This document shows positions 18,666-30,062 of a stretch of 37,724 nucleotides of DNA, in pieces. The DNA comes from a virus. Lineage: Duplodnaviria > Heunggongvirae > Uroviricota > Caudoviricetes. The DNA is taken from the IMG/VR virus record IMGVR_UViG_3300030055_000004. One strand, given 5' to 3'. Position numbers and translations under genes: made by a program. Position 1 is the stretch's first letter, and every line of letters begins with the position of its first letter. Below the pieces are notes generated by a model. It was not told the DNA's origin and ran no database searches. It saw only the letters and a list, made by a program, of their open reading frames with translations.

Positions 18666-19371
18666 AATAGGTATTGGAATATTAATTATAGTATCCATAC
18701 TTTTTAATTTTAAACAATGTAATGATAATAAAATTGCAAAAAGTAATATCATTACGTTAACTGATACTTTAAAAACTTCAAAAAATAAACTTGGAGATGA
18801 AGTTAAATCTAAACAGATACTATTAATGAATATAGATCAATTAAAAAATACTAATAGTGAATTGACAAAAGACATTAATAATTTATCTGTTAAAGATAAA
18901 AAGAATTTAATAGATATTAATCATTTAAATTTAACTATTAATTTATTAAAAGATAGTGTATTAATTTTAAATCAAGATGGTACAGAAGTAGTTATAAATG
19001 ATTCAACAAAAATGTATCCATATACATTTGCACAAACTGATAAGTTTAGAGATATTCAAGGAATAATAAAAGTAACAGCAGATAAAAAACCACAATCAGT
19101 TGTAGGTTTAATAACAGAAGATAAAGTATTTGCTGAAATAGTAATTGGCAAAAAAGAAACAACAAATGGAATTGAAGTATTTGCAACTTCTTCAAATCCT
19201 GCTGTATCAATAACAAATATTCAAGGCAGTATTATAGATCTTACTGCATATAATAAATATCAAAAATCAAAACCTTTCGGAATTGGTTTACAAGTAGGAT
19301 ATGGAATTGGTGGAAGTGGTCTTACCCCTTTTATTGGAATTGGAATTTCATATAACATCATTAAATTTTAA
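18637..19371 (+). CDS. Putative spanin-like envelope/lysis protein
   Basis: N-terminal TM, coiled coil, C-terminal amphipathic beta-hairpin FGIGLQVGYG...PFIGIGISYN. Confidence 0.5.
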   Translation: MKNLNPLYIKIGIGILIIVSILFNFKQCNDNKIAKSNIITLTDTLKTSKNKLGDEVKSKQILLMNIDQLKNTNSELTKDINNLSVKDKKNLIDINHLNLTINLLKDSVLILNQDGTEVVINDSTKMYPYTFAQTDKFRDIQGIIKVTADKKPQSVVGLITEDKVFAEIVIGKKETTNGIEVFATSSNPAVSITNIQGSIIDLTAYNKYQKSKPFGIGLQVGYGIGGSGLTPFIGIGISYNIIKF

Positions 19372-19375
19372 GAAT

Positions 19376-19663
19376 ATGTTAGGACAAGTAAAACAAATAG
19401 TAACAGGTCATATAAACGAACTTCTAAATTTAGAAAAAAGATTATATAAAAAAAGAAAACCAATATGTAATGCTTGCAAATTAAAAACAATAGTAGAAGT
19501 AATGGGAATACAGACTGAACTCTGTAATCCCAAACTTTACTTAAATGTTAACACCAATCAAACATCTGAATATCCTAAAGAAGGATATGTAAAAGGATGT
19601 GGTTGTAGAGTTGAAGCAAGTACAAGAGTAAAAGATAAAAAATGCCCAGTAGGGAAATGGTAA
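19376..19663 (+). CDS. Cys-rich Zn-binding protein
   Basis: ICNAC...LCNP...GCGC...R.KDKKCPVGKW; start moved to ATG 19376. Confidence 0.75.
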   Translation: MLGQVKQIVTGHINELLNLEKRLYKKRKPICNACKLKTIVEVMGIQTELCNPKLYLNVNTNQTSEYPKEGYVKGCGCRVEASTRVKDKKCPVGKW

Positions 19664-19672
19664 TAATTAAAA

Positions 19673-21133
19673 ATGATAATGACAATGAATGTATTATTTG
19701 ATGACAATGCAAAGACTCCACTTATAACAGGAGTGAAATTAATAGGGGATGCAGTAGCAACAACTTTTGGACCTAATGGCAAAAACGTTATAATTAAAAA
19801 TAGAACTGGTATTCATGTTACAAAAGATGGGGCAACAGTTGCTAAGTATGTAAATCACAATGATCCTGCTGTTAGTATGGGTATAGATGTAATAAAAGAT
19901 ATTGCAGTTAAAACTGCTAAAGATGTTGGAGATGGTACAACTACTGCAACTATATTAGCTAGAGAAATTGTTTTAAGTTTATCTAAATCTACTAAACATC
20001 CAATAGAAATATTAAGAATATTGACAGATGATTTAAAAAAGGTAACAGAATATTTAGATAAAAATAAAATAGAAATAAGTACACAAGAAGATTTACTTAA
20101 AGTGGCAACACTTTCTGCTAATAACGATCCTATTCTAGGACAGTTAATCTCTGATACTTATTATAAAGTTGGAAAAGATGGCAGTGTAAATATGGAAGAA
20201 TCTTCAGATATAAATAATTCAGTTGTTTTTTCTGATGGTTTACAAATTGATTCAGGTTTTAGTTCCCCATATTTTATTAATACAGATAAAAATACATGTG
20301 AATTAAATAATGTATTAGTTGCTATTTTTAATGAAAAATTAGTAGAATTAAAACAAGTAATTGATATTTGTAATCAAGCTATTGATGAAAAAAAAGAATT
20401 ATTAATTATAGCTCCAGATATTGCATCTAATATTCTTAGAATGTTATTATTAAATAAAGGTAGTAAGTTAGAATCTTGTACTGTTATATCCCCAGGAAAT
20501 GGAATATATAGAGATACATTATTAGAAGATATTAAAGTAACATTAGGACAAACAATGACTTGTAATAAAGTAATTGTAACTAAAGACACAACAACATTCA
20601 TCGGTTGTATAATAGATGAAACAATAAAACAAAATAAAGTAGAGTCTATTAGATCTTTATTATCTGGTAATGGATTAAGTGAATTTGAAATGCTATTCCA
20701 TAAAAAGAGATTAGCTAATTATTATGGTGGTGTTGCTACTATATTAGTTGGAGGTTATTCTAAAGTAGAAGTTTTAGAAAAGAAAGATAGAGTTGAAGAT
20801 GCTATTGCTGCTGTTAAAGCTGCTTTAGATGGTGGAGTTCTCCCAGGTGGAGGAGTTGCATTACTTCATGCAGCAAGAGATTTGGATTTAGTATTGTTAG
20901 ATAAAATTATTCAAGTACCATTTAATATATTATGGAAAAGTGCTTGTTCTCCTGAAATTTCTCTTAAAGAAGAATTTTGGAATGGATATGATTTTAAAAA
21001 TATAGTAAATGGTAATATGTATGAGATGGGAATTATTGATCCGTTCTTAGTTACAAAGACCGCTTTAGAGAATGCAGTTACAGCAGCATCTTTAATTCTA
21101 ACAAATGGCTGTTCAATAATAAATATGGATTAA
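19673..21133 (+). CDS. groEL: Phage chaperonin GroEL-like
   Basis: TFGPNGKNV, VTKDGATVA, VGDGTTTAT, EKKDRVEDA, GVLPGGG, GIIDP. Confidence 0.95.
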   Translation: MIMTMNVLFDDNAKTPLITGVKLIGDAVATTFGPNGKNVIIKNRTGIHVTKDGATVAKYVNHNDPAVSMGIDVIKDIAVKTAKDVGDGTTTATILAREIVLSLSKSTKHPIEILRILTDDLKKVTEYLDKNKIEISTQEDLLKVATLSANNDPILGQLISDTYYKVGKDGSVNMEESSDINNSVVFSDGLQIDSGFSSPYFINTDKNTCELNNVLVAIFNEKLVELKQVIDICNQAIDEKKELLIIAPDIASNILRMLLLNKGSKLESCTVISPGNGIYRDTLLEDIKVTLGQTMTCNKVIVTKDTTTFIGCIIDETIKQNKVESIRSLLSGNGLSEFEMLFHKKRLANYYGGVATILVGGYSKVEVLEKKDRVEDAIAAVKAALDGGVLPGGGVALLHAARDLDLVLLDKIIQVPFNILWKSACSPEISLKEEFWNGYDFKNIVNGNMYEMGIIDPFLVTKTALENAVTAASLILTNGCSIINMD

Positions 21134-21142
21134 TAAATAAAA

Positions 21143-21499
21143 ATGAATATGAAAAAAGAAATAATGCCCTTATATACAAATGTAATGATTTTACCTTATG
21201 CTTCTAATCCTTATGCTGCATTAACAACTAAAAGTGGATTAAAATTAACTGAAGGTGAATTTGATAGTCAAGATTCTGGAGAACATGAAATACTAGATAA
21301 TTTTATCAAGTGTGCTGAAGTAATTGAAGTAGGACCTGGAACACAATATGTACAAGTAGGGGATGATGTATTTTATGATACTAGATCAGCTAGACCTGTA
21401 CCATTTTTAAGACAAGGATTTTGGAATATTGCAGAACAAAATTTAGTATCTATAATTAATGATAATTTAACAACAAGATTTACAAATGAACGAATATAA
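21143..21499 (+). CDS. groES: Co-chaperonin GroES-like
   Basis: IMPL...TKSGL...AEVIEVGPG..YVQVGDDVFY...IAEQNL, directly after groEL. Confidence 0.8.
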   Translation: MNMKKEIMPLYTNVMILPYASNPYAALTTKSGLKLTEGEFDSQDSGEHEILDNFIKCAEVIEVGPGTQYVQVGDDVFYDTRSARPVPFLRQGFWNIAEQNLVSIINDNLTTRFTNERI

Positions 21500-21722
21500 T
21501 ATGGATAAAGTATATTTCTTGCCAGGTGACAGAGTACAACTGAAACAAGATATACCTAATAAACCGGTTATGATAATTGTTAAGAAAAAAACTATGACAA
21601 TTAAACCAAAAGATGAAGATAAAAGTACTTACTTTCAAGGTATGTTATGTATGTGGTTTACTACTACAGGAGAATTACTAGAACATGTATTCTCAACTAA
21701 AGACTTACAGAAACTTAAATAA
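21486..21722 (+). CDS. YodC/DUF2158-like small beta protein
   Basis: PGDRVQLK...PVM...CMWFT..G.L...F...DL. Confidence 0.6.
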   Translation: MNEYNMDKVYFLPGDRVQLKQDIPNKPVMIIVKKKTMTIKPKDEDKSTYFQGMLCMWFTTTGELLEHVFSTKDLQKLK

Positions 21723-21731
21723 AATTTATTA

Positions 21732-23060
21732 ATGAAATATTTAAATAGAAAATATCAACAAGGAGGTGCTGCACCTGCAGAAGGTCAACAACAACAAATA
21801 GCACAACAAGTAGCTAAAGCATTACAAAGTGGTGCACAACCAGAAGAAGTATTACAAGAATTAGTAAAACAAGGTATGCCTCAAGAACAAGCTTCACAAA
21901 TGATACAATCAATTATGCAACAATTAAAAGGTGGAACTCCTTCTGCAAAGAATGGCGCTAAATTAGAATTTATACAACGTCTTCAAAAAGGTGGAATGTA
22001 TGTTAGACCTGCAGCAAAAGATGCAACTAATGTTTCATCAAAAGAACCTGTAAAACCTATGTCCAGACCAACAAATGGAAGTATTAGTTCATGGGAAGAA
22101 CGTACTCCTGCAGTAGGAACAAAAGCAAATCCAAAACAATTACCAACAGTAACTGTAACTGCTAAAAAAATAGTAGCTAAACCTACAGGATCTACACCTC
22201 CTCAACAAACTAAAGTAGTATCTAAAACAACTGTAAAATCTGCAGTTAAACCTTCTCAACCTATTGATAATGTTCATTCACCTGTAGAAGCAAATAATGC
22301 TAATTTAACTCCTGATCAAGTTAAATGGGTTCAAATCCATTTAAATAGTTTAGGACATAATTTAGTGGTAGATGGTAAATTTGGTAAAGAAACTATGAAA
22401 GCAATTGGAGAAATTCAAGCAACTGCTGGATTACAACCAAATGGTAAATGGGATGAGGCAACTAGAGATGTATTTAAAACTTTAGATCGTACTGCAAGAG
22501 ATGCAAAACAATCTTATTTAAATACAATGCAACAAAATATTTCTGCAGGAGAAATACCAGAAAATCCATCAGTATTACCAGAAACAATAACTACACAACC
22601 AAGTATTTGGGAAGGTGCTACATTTGCTAAAAAAGGTGGTTATCTACAAAAAGGGGCTAAAGTGACTAAACCTATCCCAGTTTTAAAAGGTAAACCAAAT
22701 CCTGTATCAGATGATGCTGTACCTACTAAAAATGAAGGTGGAACTGATATGAATCCAAAAGATTGGAAAAAAGGTGTACCAAATACTTCTAGTAAAGATA
22801 AAAATATACCATCTGATGATAAACAACTTACTCCTTGGAAAAAAGAAAAAGGTGGTTATTTAAAAAATAAAACTAAACCAAAAGTTGATCCAATTGTAGA
22901 AAAGAAAGATATGTCTACAATGATTAAACCTAAAATGGCTAAAGGTTCTAAAATGAAAGCTAAAAAATGTTTAAAAGGATGTGGATGTGGTACTAAACTA
23001 CATAAAAATGGTGGAATTCTATCAACAGTATGTTCATGCTGTGGTGGTCAATGTAATTAA
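21732..23060 (+). CDS. xxGG-motif modular protein with peptidoglycan-binding domain
   Basis: Repeated QQGG/LKGG/QKGG/KKGG; VKWVQ..LN.LG..LVVDGKFG.ET..AI...Q...GL.PNG; Cys-rich C-terminus. Confidence 0.75.
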   Translation: MKYLNRKYQQGGAAPAEGQQQQIAQQVAKALQSGAQPEEVLQELVKQGMPQEQASQMIQSIMQQLKGGTPSAKNGAKLEFIQRLQKGGMYVRPAAKDATNVSSKEPVKPMSRPTNGSISSWEERTPAVGTKANPKQLPTVTVTAKKIVAKPTGSTPPQQTKVVSKTTVKSAVKPSQPIDNVHSPVEANNANLTPDQVKWVQIHLNSLGHNLVVDGKFGKETMKAIGEIQATAGLQPNGKWDEATRDVFKTLDRTARDAKQSYLNTMQQNISAGEIPENPSVLPETITTQPSIWEGATFAKKGGYLQKGAKVTKPIPVLKGKPNPVSDDAVPTKNEGGTDMNPKDWKKGVPNTSSKDKNIPSDDKQLTPWKKEKGGYLKNKTKPKVDPIVEKKDMSTMIKPKMAKGSKMKAKKCLKGCGCGTKLHKNGGILSTVCSCCGGQCN

Positions 23061-23077
23061 TATTAAAAAATAAATAT

Positions 23078-23659
23078 ATGCTAAAATTATTTTCTTATGA
23101 TAATATGAAGAAGGAAGTAGTTATTAATGAAGCGGACGTCCTTTTAATTAAGGAGTTCGCTGATTTATGAACTAATGAAAGAAATGAAACTAAAAAAGAT
23201 CCTACGGGTAAAAATAAAACTAAAGCATTTAGAGAATTTACTTATATATATTGTGCTATTGATTGGAGTTCTCCATATGCTAAATATTCGGAACAAGAAA
23301 GGCACGAAGAAGCTTTAAGAGACGGTGGTTTAGAACAAGAAGAATTTGATGATGAAGTATTCAGATGTGCTTGTAGAAAATACAAACTAATTCAAGAAAC
23401 TTCTAAGATTGGTAAATTATTACAATCACAAAAAAATATGGTAGATAGAATGACTATCTATTTTGATAATCTTGATTTTGATGAAAGAGATACTGTAACA
23501 GGTAAACCTATATTTAGAATGAAAGATGTTCTTGATGAAATGTCAAAAACTGGAAAAGCTTTAGAAAATATAGAAATATTAGAAGAATCTTATAAAAAAG
23601 AACAAGAAAAAGAAAGTTCACTTAGAGGTGGTCGCATCGGAGGACGATTTGATTCATAA
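23078..23659 (+). CDS. Conserved pre-terminase protein, 193 aa (TGA=Trp; small terminase candidate)
   Basis: MLKLFSYD...LLIKEFADL[W]...AFREFTYIY..IDWSSPY; TGA at 23168; function by position only. Confidence 0.75.
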
Positions 23660-23661
23660 TT

Positions 23662-26016
23662 ATGGCTACTAAAAAAGAATTAGAAATAGCTGCAAAAGCT
23701 GCAAAAAAAACAATAGTTATAGGAAAAAAAGAAGTAGAAAAAAAGAATTTTGAGAAACAACTCAAAATAATTGAAGCAACTATCCCTACTATTATAGAAG
23801 AAGAGGAAGTTAATGAAGTAAAAATAATTAAAACTAAAGCTCAATTAGAAGTTGAGGAAATTGAATTACTTCGAGAACAATTAGAACTGGATAAGAAAAA
23901 AGAAAAACTTAGACGTAATAAAAATGAATGAGATGTAAAATTAGGTGAACCAATTGTATTTTTTGATCCTGAATTATCTTATGAACTTACAGGTTATAGA
24001 CCTATTACAATGACTAAAGGTTTGGATTTTGTATCAGCACCTTTTACAGAAGCTGGTAGAATCTATGATGAAACTGGAAAATATAGTACATTTAGAGAAG
24101 GTTCTAAATTATATGATGAATTCTGGGATACTCAAATGGAGAGATGTAAAGATGGATATACTGTTGGAAAATATACAATAACTGGAGATAATTATTTCTG
24201 GTTAAATTTTTATAGATTACTTAATGTAACTAATATTCAAAAAGCTGCAGAAGGTCGCCTTGAAACATTCCCAGATTTCTTTTCTAAACAATATGAATAT
24301 TTTCATTATATAGATCTTTGTGAAAAATCTGGATTTGATGTTGGATCATTAAAAGCACGTGGTGTTGGTTTTTCAGAAATTGCTGCATCTTTAGGAGTAC
24401 GAGTTTATACTACAGTTGCTAAATCAAGATGTTTATATGCTGCTGCTGCTGAGGGATTTGTAAGAGATGTACTTGATAAAGCTTGGTTACAATTAGAGTT
24501 TCTAAATACTGAAACACAAGGTGGTTTTGAACATGTTAGAATGAAGAAAGATTCAGACATGAAAAAACGTGCTTCTAAAGTAACTACAGAAGGGACTGAA
24601 TTTGGTTGGATGGCTACTTTAGAAGGTAAAGTTGTAGATAAACCTCGTAAATTACGTGGTGGACGTTTAGAACGTTTGTTCCTTGAAGAAGCTGGATCTA
24701 ATCCTATATTAGTAACTTCTTATAATCAATCTGAAGCCTTAGTAAATATTTTAGGTAAACGTATTGGTTCAAGATTTGTTTGGGGTACAGGTGGTGATGA
24801 AGGACCTCAATTAGCAGGTTTAGCTGGTATGTTTTATAATCCTAGTGAATATAATATGTTACCATATTACCATAATCATACTGAAAATGGTCAATATGTA
24901 TATACAGGATTTTTTATTCCAGCATATACAATGCATATTCCTTCATGTGATTCACGTGGAGTTTGTAATGAAATAGATGCTAAAATTTATTATAATTCTA
25001 TAAGAGTTAAAAAATCATCTAATGCAAAAAACTTACTTGAATATAAATCAGAGTATTGTTTTACACCAGAAGAAGCACTTATTAGACAAGGGGATAATAG
25101 ATTTGATACTGAGTTATTAGCTGAACAAATTGCTAATATTGAATTACATAAAACAGTTGAACTTCCTAAAATGGCTAAATTAAATTGAGAATTTAGTAAA
25201 GAAATAGGTGGAGCTAATAGACAAAAAGCACCCTCTCTTGAATACACTGATAAAGGTTTAATTACTATAGTTGAAGAACCTTGAACAGATGAAAATAATA
25301 TACCTTATAATAATTTATATGTAGCTGGTATTGACTCTATTGATAGTGATGAAACTTCATCTACAGGTCAAAAAGATGTATCATCATTTTGTATTGTAAT
25401 TAAACGTAGACAATTTGGATTAAAAGATCCTAAATATGTAGCTATGTATAAGTATCGTCCTAAAGATGTACGTGATGCATATGATACTGCAATGAAACTT
25501 TTAATGTATTACAATTGTAAAGCAGTAATTGAAACTTCTCGTGTATCTTTAATAACACATTTTAAAACTGAAAAAAAATTAAATTTACTTTTTTTACGAC
25601 CTCGTGCAACAACAAGTGATGTAAATAAAGCAAATACTAGAATGTATGGTTGTTCTGCAACTGTACCAAATATTAATCATTATCTTGATTTAGTTGAAAA
25701 CTATGTTAGTGATTATTGTCATGAAATAACTATTCTTGATATGTTAAATGAATTAATTAAGTATTCTTTTTTAAATAAAAGAAAATTTGATATTGTAGCA
25801 GCAATGGGAATGTGTGAATTAGCAGATGAAGAATTAATGGGAAATGCTCCAAGATCATCTACAAAAGTCAATAAAGAATGGCAAGATATTGGTTATTATA
25901 CTGATGAAAATGGTTATAAACAATTTGGAGTTATTCCTAAAGTTTTACCACAACATAATCCAAATTTTACTCAACCTAATTATTCTTGAATGAACAATGA
26001 CAACACTAGAAACTAA
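23662..26016 (+). CDS. terL: Terminase large subunit, 784 aa (4 TGA=Trp)
   Basis: One frame through TGAs 23929, 25186, 25282, 25987; LKARGVGFSE (Walker A), LFLEEAG (Walker B), YVAGIDSID nuclease motif lying between the track fragments. Confidence 0.93.
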
Positions 26017-27016
26017 AATATTTGATTTTATAGAAGACAGTTATGATGCTAAATTTCTAGGAAAAGTTAAAGTAGATATTACAGGTGAAGATAAAGTAAT
26101 TACTACTACAACAACAACTGATGTTGTTACTAGTACTAATCAAGGTATTAAATATGGTAGACTTTATAATTGATATGCTATAACTGATCCAAGAGAAATT
26201 GCACCAATAGGATGGCATGTACCGACAACTGAAGAATGAGGTACTCTTATTAATTACATAGGTGCTACTCCAGAATCTTTAGGCAAACTTAAGGAAACTG
26301 GCACTACCTATTGATCTGACCCTAATATAAATGCTACAAATGAAACTGGTTTTAGTGCATTGCCTGGTGGATATCTTACTATATCTAATTATAATAATCC
26401 AAATTATCCAGATAGTGCTAATTTCTATAATTTAGGAGAAAGTGGTTTCTGATGGAGTTCTTCAAAGTATGATAAACTAAATGCATGATATATATCTATA
26501 CATAATATTATTAATTCTAATAATATACCTAGAAATAATTCTGATATACAAACAGGTTTGTCTGTACGTCTTATTAAAAATACTTCTATAAATGAAGGAG
26601 ATATAATAATAGATGGAGATACTTATAATACAGTAACTATTGGAGATCAAATTTGATTAAAACAAAATTTAGCAACATTACATTATAGAAATGGAGATTT
26701 AATTGGCACTAATACTATGAATAGGACTGAATCTGTTAGTACTTATGTTAATGATGAATCAAATGTTTACAAAATTATAACTACTACAACTCCAGTTACA
26801 ACTACAACTACAACTATAATACCTGTATTAAAAGAATATTGCTTATTAATTACTTTAAGTAATTATATGATACCATTGCCAATTTGTATACAATGTTTAA
26901 GTGATAATGATTTTTTTACATATATATGTAAAGAATTAAATACCAGGAATTTTCCTGTAGTAAAATATTTTAAATTAATAAAAAACGATACTAACGATGA
27001 TAAAGACATTATTTAA
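25997..27016 (+). CDS. Protein with inserted FISUMP (Fib_succ_major) domain, 339 aa (6 TGA=Trp)
   Basis: YGRLYN[W]YA...APIGWHVPTTEE[W]...ATNETGFSALPGG...GF[W]WSS...GLSVRLIK, between poly-Thr linkers. Confidence 0.85.
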
Positions 27017-29213
27017 AAATAGTGATGATAAAAATAGCGATGATTATTTAATTGCTCATTGTGATACAGCTATTGCTGAATTAGTGTTTGATAAAGTTTC
27101 ACTAGTAAAAGCATTTAATTATTATCATGGTGTAAGAGATAGATTTCAATTTGCACATTTAGAACATAATTATGGAATTGGTAATCCGACTTCTATTGAA
27201 TTTATTCCGCTTGTAAGAAAACATATTGATGCACTTGTAGGAGAATATCTAGCTACAAATATTACACCTAAAATATCTTGTAAAGATAAAGGAACTTTAA
27301 CTAATATGTTTAGAGATAAACAATTGGCTATTTCTGGTAATATAGCTAAATTAATTAAAACACATTTAACTAATTCTATGTTTTCTGCACTTAAAGGAGA
27401 TAATTCTGGAAAAACAATGGATAGTGATATTGCGAAACAATTACAAGAAATTTCTGATTCAACAGATAGAAATTTTATTTCAGAATATGAGATTGCCGCT
27501 CAAAATATTATTCAATATTTAATGAATTCTCGAGATGTAGATTTCAAAAATAAAATGAAAGACCTAATAATTGACCTACTGATAGCAGGTGAGACTTATT
27601 TTAAAGTCATTCCTACTACTGGAGGTACAAATATTAATATTGAAATTGAAAATCCTTTAAACACATTTGTTGATAGAGATTTTAAATCAGCCTATATGAA
27701 GAAAGGTTATCGCAGTGTAGTTAGAAAATGAATGACAAAATCTGAAATATTAGTTAAATATGGAGATAAACTTTCTAAAGATGATATTAAAGAATTAGAT
27801 ACTATTAAACCTGAATACAGTTCTAATAATTTAATGTTAATAAATGCTGTTAATTCTAGAACTGGGGCATTATTAACTGATGGTATTATGGCAGGAGTAG
27901 AAGCAACTCCAATGTATAATCAATACTCAACAGGAAATTTAAAATTATTACCTGTATTTGAAACAGAATGAATTGATACAGATATAGTAAAAGGACAAAA
28001 ACCCCTTGAAAATAGATATGAAGTTATAAGAATAGGTGCATCTATGTATATTTTAAATGGAAAAGATGAAGATGTAGTTAGAAGTATTGATACTCCTAAT
28101 GAATGTAATTTATCTGTTAATGGATTATATTATACTGACAGAACAGGTACACCATATTCTTTAATGTTAGCAACTGCTAATTTACAAGATAAATATGATA
28201 TTTTACATTTTTTCAAAGATAATGCTATTGCAACTAGTGGAAGTATGGGAAGTCATGTAGATGTTGCACATTTACCAGAATTTTTAGGAGCAACTATGCC
28301 AGAAAGATTAGTTAAATATTTAGCTTATAAAAAATCAGGTATTGCACCATTTGATTCTTCACAAGAAGGGCAAGTTATAAATCAAACTTTTGCAGGATAT
28401 GATGATACTATTAAAGTAACAACTATTCAAGCTATTGATATGGCTATACAAAGAATAGAAGAAACTGCTTCATCAATTACTGGTGTATTTAGAGAACGTC
28501 TAGGAGGTATTCAACAAAGAGATGCTGTACAGAATGTAGAAATGGGTATGCAAATGTCTTATGTTATTACTAAACAGTATTATCAAGGAATGGATACACT
28601 TGTAAGAGAGATGTTAACTGATTCTTTAAATGTTGCTAAAAAAGTATTTAAAAAAGGTATTACGGGATCTACTATATTAGGAGATAATAGAAGACAATTA
28701 TTTACTGCTTTACCAGAACATTATACTGTTACAGATTTTGATGTACATATAATTGATAGTGCTACTGTAATTAAAGAACAAGAGTTAATTAAACAAATTG
28801 CAATGGAACTTACTAAAGGTGGTCAATTTGATCCTGAAATGCTAGTAATTATTTCTACATCAAGAAGTTTAACTGAAATGAAAGAAAATGTTTTAGCAAC
28901 TCTTAAATCTAAAAAAGAAGAAAATAATCAATTACAACAAATGAATCAAGCTTTACAACAAGCTCAACAAGCTCAAGAACAAGCACAAAAAGAACTACAA
29001 ACTGCCACTACAAAATTAAATGGATATAGTGATGCAGAAATGCAATTGAAAAAACAAGAATTACTACAAAAAGGAAATCTTGAAAATAGACAAATGGATA
29101 TCAATAGTGATTATAATACTAATAAACTTTTATGAGAACAAAAACGTGTTCAATTAGAAGGTGTGCAATTATTTGATCAAAGTAATAAAAACGATAAAGT
29201 GAGGGAAGATTAA
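26997..29213 (+). CDS. Portal protein, 738 aa (3 TGA=Trp)
   Basis: One frame through TGAs 27729, 27969, 29133; follows TerL; FIPLVRKHIDALVGE, SITGVFRERLG, C-terminal Q-rich coiled coil. Confidence 0.85.
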
Positions 29214-29214
29214 T

Positions 29215-29487
29215 ATGTTTAAAAGAATAAAAATCAAATATAGAAAATTAAAAATTACATATTCTTTAATAAAAATTAGATGGAATGCAGCAACTCCAGT
29301 ATTTTGACAAAGAATAAAAGCAATTTCTATAAAATTAGGTATTAGTGCTGCATCTGTAATAGGTGTTGATAAATTTTTTGATTTACAGACTTATGGTGTT
29401 CCTCAAATAATATTCACAATTGCAGGATATATTATTGTAGTATGTGCTACTTTAGGATTAGCTGCTCAAATAACAAAAGAAAAATAA
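29215..29487 (+). CDS. Putative holin, 90 aa (TGA=Trp)
   Basis: RWNAATPVF[W]QRIK + two TM segments + AQITKEK; absent from the track because of TGA 29305. Confidence 0.65.
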
Positions 29488-29488
29488 T

Positions 29489-30061
29489 ATGATATCAATT
29501 AATTTATTAAGAATATCGCCAGATAGTCAATATTTAGAATTTAGTATAGCTTGTCCAACAGGATATAAATTTAATACATTAAATATTAAAAAATATGATT
29601 TTGTACCTGATTCAAATATTGTAGATGATGATGGTTGGCGAGATTGTTCAAATATATATGCATCTAATCCTGATGCAATTACTCAAATAATGAGAATTAA
29701 TGTCAATGCATTAAGTAAGGATACTGATCCTATTAGAAGTACAATGTTTTATGTTGAATTTGGTGTTACACCTACTATAGGTACAACTGAGATACCAAAT
29801 GTAATGGCATTAGTATCTGATGTAAATAAAGTATATGATACATTAAAAAATCATATATTAAATTTAGATGCAAATTGTATTTCACAAATAGATTTTCAAA
29901 CTCTTATAAAACATTATATGTTTTTATATGCACATATAGAATCAATGAGATTAGAAAGATTTGATGAAGCTGAAATGTATTATAATATATTAAAAAAATA
30001 CTTTACACTTTGTGGAAATTCTCAAAATAAACCTATTAATAATACTTGTAATTGTAAATAA
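29489..30061 (+). CDS. Putative virion structural (neck/ring) protein
   Basis: 190-aa ORF in the morphogenesis block ending CNCK; role inferred from context. Confidence 0.55.
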   Translation: MISINLLRISPDSQYLEFSIACPTGYKFNTLNIKKYDFVPDSNIVDDDGWRDCSNIYASNPDAITQIMRINVNALSKDTDPIRSTMFYVEFGVTPTIGTTEIPNVMALVSDVNKVYDTLKNHILNLDANCISQIDFQTLIKHYMFLYAHIESMRLERFDEAEMYYNILKKYFTLCGNSQNKPINNTCNCK

Positions 30062-30062
30062 A

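Noticed and set aside
23662-29213. TerL and portal as pseudogenes, or split by introns or inteins
   Set aside because: Fragments are in one frame, separated only by single TGAs, and the intervening sequence encodes conserved motifs (e.g. YVAGIDSID).
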